From the human T2T-CHM13v2.0 reference genome, Homo sapiens: a stretch of DNA of 64,000 nt. The stretch is taken from the NCBI RefSeq assembly GCF_009914755.1, contig NC_060927.1, one strand, 5' to 3'. The notes beneath the pieces were generated by a model. It saw only the letters and a list, made by a program, of their open reading frames with translations, made no database searches and had not been told where the DNA came from. Shown here piece by piece: positions 56,676 to 64,000 of this stretch; within the stretch, counting starts at the first letter, position 1, and each line of letters starts with the position of its first letter. Made by a program: the position numbers and the translations under genes.

Positions 56676-58401
56676 CATGAACAAGGATTCCAGAGAACTG
56701 AGGTAATCACCCCTAAGAGGAAGCTTCCTGCATCATATGTGTCAATTAGGCAATGAGATGTGGCTAATCTGACACTGGGGCTGCCACTAACACTAATGAC
56801 TAAGGAAGCGTATATTGAAATATGCTGGTTTATTTGTTTCTGTTGCTCCTTGTCCTGAGCTCCAACATTATAAATGAGAGTGGTGGTTTTATTTATTTTG
56901 AACTTGCCTTTGTTGTGACACCATCCATTAAAATGCACAGTAAAAAGCCTTAGAATTTCAGACCCGTAACTCTCACTTGCATACCTAGCCGATTGGCGCA
57001 ATATATAATACAGAGCGGTTCATTGCACGCTTAAGGAAGCGTAACCTATATAGGAGGGGGATGAGGGGCATGCCACATTGTTACTGTAAGGATAAATAGT
57101 ATAAATCTTTCCTCACCAGATTCCTCCAACAGGATGAATAAAGGTACAGATAAGAAACAAAGGGATAGCTGTCAATTATTGGATTTTGTGAGTCTTTGGC
57201 AATGTATTAAACTCTCTCGTACATTTACTAAACATAATCTCCCTCCACTCAAGAACTAAACATTAGAGGGCAGAGATTTTCATGAATACATACTTGAGGC
57301 AGAGAAGGAAAACAAAGGGAAGGGATAGCTTATCAATATGAAGGATGGAGAAGTGCTGTAGTAAGGTACCTGGGAATAAGTGCTGTGTCTAGATTTGCTT
57401 CACATTTTGATAAAATAATTCAGGTTCTCACATAATAACTGATCTAAAAGAAATCATGTAAAATGGAATATGCAAGTTTACAGACGATATTAAATTCTTC
57501 TGGATAGTAACAAGCGAATGAGGATAGGCTGTGGAAAGAACTCGCAAGGATATAAGGGAGAGTTTAGAAACAACATATACGCCTCTGTTACTGCAGTTGT
57601 TAAGTGGTACGTTTAAAGAAAAATTGAAATGATTCTTATGAAATAATACTAAGCTATCCATTTTCACTATGGAGATGAGCTAATGTGATTTTTAAAATTT
57701 GAAATTATTGGGCCAATGATTTCCAAAGACAGAAAATATCAAGAAGGATATTTTTAAATGGAATAAAATACAGATAATAACAACAATACCAAAAAAAAAA
57801 AATTCTCTTAACCTCCAACAGAATTATGTTAAATCTAAACCTGTAAGATTTTGTTCCTATGATTGTCTCTTGTAAAAGGCATAATGAAATTTATAATATT
57901 TTTGCAATAAGCAATAAATATGATCAAGAAATTTAAGAATATTCACATATGAATAGACTGCAAATGAGAATTCTTTCCATCTGCATGGAAGGATTTATTC
58001 ACCATTTATAAAGTCATAGAAAATATGATAAAAATAGATATGAATTTTTCAATAAGGCCTAGAATAAAAGAACTTGCAGATACTCATTATAGCTTGGAAG
58101 AGGTAACAGAGGAAAACAATACCAGATCTGACATTATACCTAACATATTGTGCAGGCTGGAAAATGCCCTAATTCAATGTATATCAAACATACATTTATT
58201 CTTTCATTCATTTATTAGACTGTTAGCCATGGTCACATTGAATTTTATATTAGAGAGAATATTATGCCTTCCTGCAAAGTAAATATGAAATATTTATAAG
58301 AAACAAATGAGATAATAGATGTGATACATGGCTAAACTGTAAAATGCAATGCAAATATGAGCTAAATTGTGATTGCTTATGGGTCAGAACTTGACTTTGA
58401 C

Positions 58402-58880
58402 TATGGTAGATTATTCAATGACCACAAATTATTCTCTACCCTCCCTACATCCACACCCTTTAGGAGGCACCCCTACACTGACTCTGAGCTTGGCCTTGTG
58501 ACTTGCTTTAACCCATGGATCGATAGCAAATAGAGACTTGGAAAGCACTTTGCATTGAGGCTTGCCTTCTTTTGTTCTGCTTGGAATTCTTCCACTACCA
58601 TGTAAAGAAGCCTGGGCTAGCCTGCTGAAAAAAGACATGTGGCTCCACTCCTCATCATACCAGCCACAACCAACAATGGTAAAACATGTGAGTGAGAACA
58701 TGTGAAATCTTCCAAACCTAATAAGTGATCATAGACACATTTGCAGATCCAGTAGACATCAGTCAAGGAAACCAAAATCAGAATGTTCCAATTTGCCCAA
58801 AGAATCATGGAGCTGAATAGATGATTTTTGCAAGCTAGTAAGTTTTGTTTTGTTTTACAGTAAAAGTTGTTTTATAAACT
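58402..58880 (+). mobile_element. MLT1H/I-like solo LTR
   Basis: TATGGTAGATT...GACCACAAATT...CTTGGCCTTGTGACTTGCTTT...CTGGGCTAGCCTGCTG. Confidence 0.75.
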
Positions 58881-59613
58881 TCCTGCTACCTGGAAGTGAG
58901 GTGTCTTTAAAGACAATTCAAAGCTTTTGAATTTTATCTTGTGGAGAAGAATTACAGCTTCCTTAATATTTTATTTCTTTTTAATTTTTATAGGTACATA
59001 GTAGATCCATATATTTATGGGGTACATGAAATATTTTGATACAGCCATGCAATCTGTAATAATCACATCAGAGTAAATAGGGTATCCATCACCTCAAGCA
59101 TTCGCCCTTCGTGTTTCAAACAATTCAATTATACTTTTAATTGTTTTTGAATGTACAATGAAATTATTTTTTTACTATAATCACCCTGTTGTGCTAGCAC
59201 ATACTACGTCTTATCCATTCTATCTTTTTGTACCCATTAACCTTCCTCCACTTCCCTCCCCCACCCCCTGCCACCTTTACTACCCTTCCCAGCCTCTGAT
59301 AACCATTCTTCTACTCTCTATCTTCATGAATTCAATTGTTTTAATTTTTAGCCCCCAAAGATAAGTGAGAAATGCAATGTTTATCTTTCTGTGCCTGCCT
59401 TATTGCACTTAATGATCTCCAATTCCAAGCATGCTGTTGCAAATAACAGGATCTCATTCTCTTTATGGCTGAATAGTACTACATTGTGTATATGTACCAC
59501 ATTTTATTTATCCATTTGTCTGTTGATGGATTCTTAGGTTGTTTGCAGATCTTGGCAATTGTGAATAGTGCTGCAATAAACATAGGAGCACAGGTATCTC
59601 TTCAATATACTGA

Positions 59614-59921
<308 letters not shown>

Positions 59922-61080
59922 TGATATTCTTTCTTTGGAGTATATACCTAGGAGTGGAACGGGATTGCTGAATCACATGGTAGTTCTATTTTTAGTTTTT
60001 TGAGGACCCTCCGAACTGTTCTCCATAGTGGTTGCACTAATTTACATTTCCATCAAGAGTTTACTAGAATTCTCTTCTCTCCATTATTTGTGATCACCTG
60101 CCTTTTGGATAAAAGCCATTTAAACTGGGGTGAAATATCTCATTGCAGTTTTGGTTTGCATTTCTCTAATGACCAATTTTGAGTAGTTTTTATATACCAG
60201 TTTGCCATTTGTATGTCTTTTTTGAGAAATGTCTATTCAGATATTTTGTCCATTTTTAAAATTGGATTATTAGATCTTTTTTTCCTTTCGAGTTGTTTGA
60301 GATCTTTATATGTTGTGGTTATTAATCCCTTGTCAGAAGGGTAGTTTGCAAATATTTTCTCTAATTGTGTGGGTTTTCTATTCACTTTGTTAATTGCTTC
60401 TTTTGCTGTACAGAAGATTTTTAACTTAACGTGATCTCATTTGTCTATTTTTACTTCAGTTTCTTGTACCTGTGGGGTATTACTCAAGAAGTCTTTGCCC
60501 ACTCCAATGTCCTGGAGAGTTTCTCCAGTGTTTTCTCGTGGTAGTTTTATAGTTTCAGGTCTTAGATTTCAATTTTTAATCTATCTTGATTAGATTTTTG
60601 TATATGGCAAGAGATAGGGGTCTAGTTTCATTCTTCTGCTTATGTATATCCAGTTTTCCCATCACCATTTATTGAAGAAACTGTCCTTTCCCCAATGTAT
60701 GTTCTTGGAATCTTGGTCAAAACTGAGTTCACTGTAGATGTATGGATTTAGTTCTGGGTTCTGTATTCTATTCCATTGATCTATGTGTCTGTTTTTATGC
60801 TAGTACTATGCCATTTTCTTTACTATAGTTCTGCAATATAATTTGAAGTAATGGGATTCCTCCAGTTTTCTTCATTTTGCTTAGCATAACTTTGTCTATT
60901 CTGGGTCTTTCATGGTTTTAAATAAATTTCAGAGTTGTTTTTTCTGTTTCTGTGAAGAATGTCATTGGCATTTTGAAATGAATTGCAGATTAAGTCTGAT
61001 CTGTTTCTTTGTTGTTTTTCTGTCTAGAAGATCAGTCCAGTGCTGAAAGTGGGGTGTTGAAATCTCCAGCCATTACTGTG

Positions 61081-61497
61081 TTAGGGTCTATTGCTCTCTT
61101 TAGCTCTAATAATATTTGCTTTATACATCTGAGTATTGCAGTGTTGGGTGGGACCATATATATTTAAAATTGTTAAATTCTCTTGCTCGACTGACCCCTT
61201 TGTCATTATATAATGACCTTTGTCTCTTCTTACAGTTTTTGTCTCGAAATTGATTTTGCCTGATGTAAGTATAGCTACTTCTCCACTTTTTTGGTTCCTA
61301 TTGGCATGGGATATCTTTTTCCATCTCTTTATTTTCAGTTTATGTGTGTCTTTATAAGTGAAGTGTGTTTCTTGTAGCCAACAGATCATTGGGTCTCTTT
61401 TTGTAATCTGTTCAGCCATTCTATGTCTTTTGATTAGAGAGTTTAATCCATTTACATTAAATGTTATTATTGCTAAATAAGGACTTATTCCTGCCAT
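61081..61497 (-). pseudogene. L1 ORF2 endonuclease N-terminal remnant
   Basis: MAGISPYLAIITFNVNGLNSLIKRHR...ICWLQETH...KGHYIMTKGS..QENLTILNIYGP, then a frameshift. Confidence 0.9.
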
Positions 61498-64000
61498 TTT
61501 GTTATTTGTTTTGTTTTTTGTTTTTTGTTTTTATGGTCTTGTCTTTCTTCCTTCTTTTTTTCCGTCTTTCTCCTAATGAAGCTAATTTTCTCTGGTGATA
61601 TGATTTAGTTTCTTACTTTTGATTTTGTTGGCATCCATTGTATGGTTGTTGATTTGAGGTTACCATGAGGCTTGCAAATACTATCTTATAACGCATTGTT
61701 TAAAGTTGATAACAACTTAACATAATTTACATAAAAAACAAGCAAGCAAACATAAAACTAACCAAAACTCTACACCTTAACTTCATCCCCCAACTTTTTA
61801 AATTTTTGTTGTTTCTATTTATATCTTATTATACCCTGTCTTGAAAAGTTGTTTTAGTTATCACTTTTGATTGGTTCATCATTTAGTCTTTCTATTGAAG
61901 AGTAGTTTAAACACCACAGTTATAATGCTCTAATATTCTGTGTTCTTATGTATGCTTACTACTACCAGTGAGTTTAGGGCCTTCAGATAATTACTTATTG
62001 CTCATGAACGTTCTTTTTTTTTTCTGATTGTAGTAATCCCTTTAGCATTTCTTGTAGGACAGATTTGGTTTTGATGAAATCCTGCAGCTTTTTTTGTTTG
62101 GGAAAGCCTTTATTTCTCCTTCATGTTTGAAGAATATTTCTGCCAGGTATACTATTCTAGGGGAAACATTTTTTTTTTCTTTCAGCACTTTAACTATATC
62201 ATGCCACTGTCTTCTGGCCTATAAGTTTGCACTGAAAAGTTTGCTGCCAGACATATTGGAGCTCCATTGTATGATGTTTCTTTTCTCTTGCTGCATTTAG
62301 GATCTTTTCTTTATCCTTGCCCTTTGGGAGTTTGATTATTAAATGCCTTGAGGTAATCTTCATTGGGTTAAATCTGCTTGGTGTTCTATAACCTCCTTGT
62401 TCTTGGATATTAATATCTTTACCTTGGTTTGGGAAGTTCTCTGTTATTATTACTTTGAATAAACTTTCTACCCCTCTTTCTCCGTTTCCTCCTTAAGGCC
62501 AATAACTTACATTTGCCTTTTTGAGTCTATTTTCTAGACCCTGTAGGTATGCTTCATTGCTTTTTATTCTTTTTTCTTTTGTCTCTTTGGATATGTATTT
62601 TCAAATAGCCCGTCTTCAAACTCACTATTTTTTTTTTCTGCTGGACCAATTTTGCTCTTAAAAGACTCTGGTACATTCTTCAGTATGTCAATTGCATCTT
62701 TCAGCTCCAGAATTTATGCTTGATTCTTCTTAATTACTTCAATTTCTTTGTTAAATTTATCTGACAGAATTCAGAATTCCTTCCCTGTGTTATCTTCAAT
62801 TTCTTGGAGTTTTCTCAACAAAGGTATTTTGAATCCTCTGTCTGAAAGGTCACATATCTCTGTTTCTCCAGGATTGGTCTCTGGTGCCTTATTTAATACA
62901 TTTGATGAGGTCATGTTTTACTGGACGATCTTGATACTCGTGGATGTTCACCTGTGTCTAGGCATTGACAACATAGGTATCTATTGTAGTTTTCACAGTC
63001 TAGGCTTGTTTGTACCCTTCCTTCTTGGGAAGGCTTTCCAGATATTCTAAAGGACTTGGATGTTGTGATCTAAGCTGTATGTGCATTAGGGGGCACCCCA
63101 GGCCAATAATGCCATGGTTCTTACAGACTAGAGGTACCACCTTGATGGTCACGTACAAGATCTGGGAGAATTCTCTGTATTACCTACCTAGCAGAGACTC
63201 TTGTTCTCTTTCCTTCCTTTCTCCCAAACAGAGTCTCTCTGAGCTGCCTGGAGCTGGGAACAGAGTGACGCAAGCACACCTGTGACCACCACTAGGACTG
63301 CACTGAGTCAGACCTGAAGACAGCACAGCACTGGGTTTCACCCAAGGCTTGTTGTAACCACTCCCTGGCTACTGCCTATGTCTGCTGAAAGCCCTGGGGC
63401 TCTATAATCATCAAGTGACAAAGCCAGCCACTTCTGTCTTCCTTTCCGGTCAGCAAGTTTCCCCAGGCCCTGGGCAGGTCCAGAGGTACCATCCATCCAG
63501 GAGCCAAAGACTACACTCAAAAACTTTAGAAATTTACCTGGTGTTCCATTGTACCAGGGCTAAGCTGGCACTCAAACCTCAAAATGCAGTCTTTCCCCTT
63601 TCTAAAGGCAGAGGAACTTCAACCCATGGCCACTGCCATCACAGGTCCACAGGCTACTGCCAGGCTACCACCAATGTTCCCTTAAGGGCCAGGGGCTCCT
63701 CAGTCAGCTTGTGGTGAATGCTGCATGGCCTGGGACTCACCCTTCAGAGAAATGGGCTCCGCTCTGGCCTAGGACAGGTCCAGAAATGCCTTTCAAGAGC
63801 CAAAGCCTAGAATCAGAGACCCAAGAGCCTCTTGGTGCTCTACCACCCTGTGGCCAACCTGGTACGTAAGATGAAAGAAAAAGTCTCCTTTACATTTCCC
63901 TCCACTTTTCTCAAGCAGAAGGAGTCTCTCCCCATAGTCACCACAGCTGGGAATGTGCTGAGTCTCACCTGAAGACAGCAAGTCTCAGAGTCCCCCCAAG

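Overview
AT-rich primate (very probably human) genomic DNA, intergenic or deep-intronic. More than half of it is interspersed repeat. It carries about 12 Alu pieces, a full-length decayed L1PA17 (14.5-21.4 kb), and an internally deleted L1MA-type element running off the right end. It also has two proviral MaLRs, solo LTRs (MER11, LTR9, MER50/83-like, THE1, MER74, MLT1/2), DNA transposons (Tigger1, MER58, MER20, MER3, MER5) and old MIR/L2/L3 fragments. I recognise no host protein-coding exon; nearly all ORF-track entries are repeat-derived or chance ORFs. I found no new biological system. The best oddities are small: a tailless 33-nt U2 snRNA retrocopy with a perfect 14-bp TSD, an Alu with a GC-rich non-Alu 5' extension, a duplication-inversion scar at the L1 5' end, a hairpin-forming duplication in a THE1 LTR, a 68-bp duplication in MER11, a 60-bp VNTR, and candidate + strand exons that could form an LTR-driven lncRNA. 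Subfamily names come from my recall of consensus sequences and need RepeatMasker/Dfam confirmation. Boundaries without a TSD are approximate.
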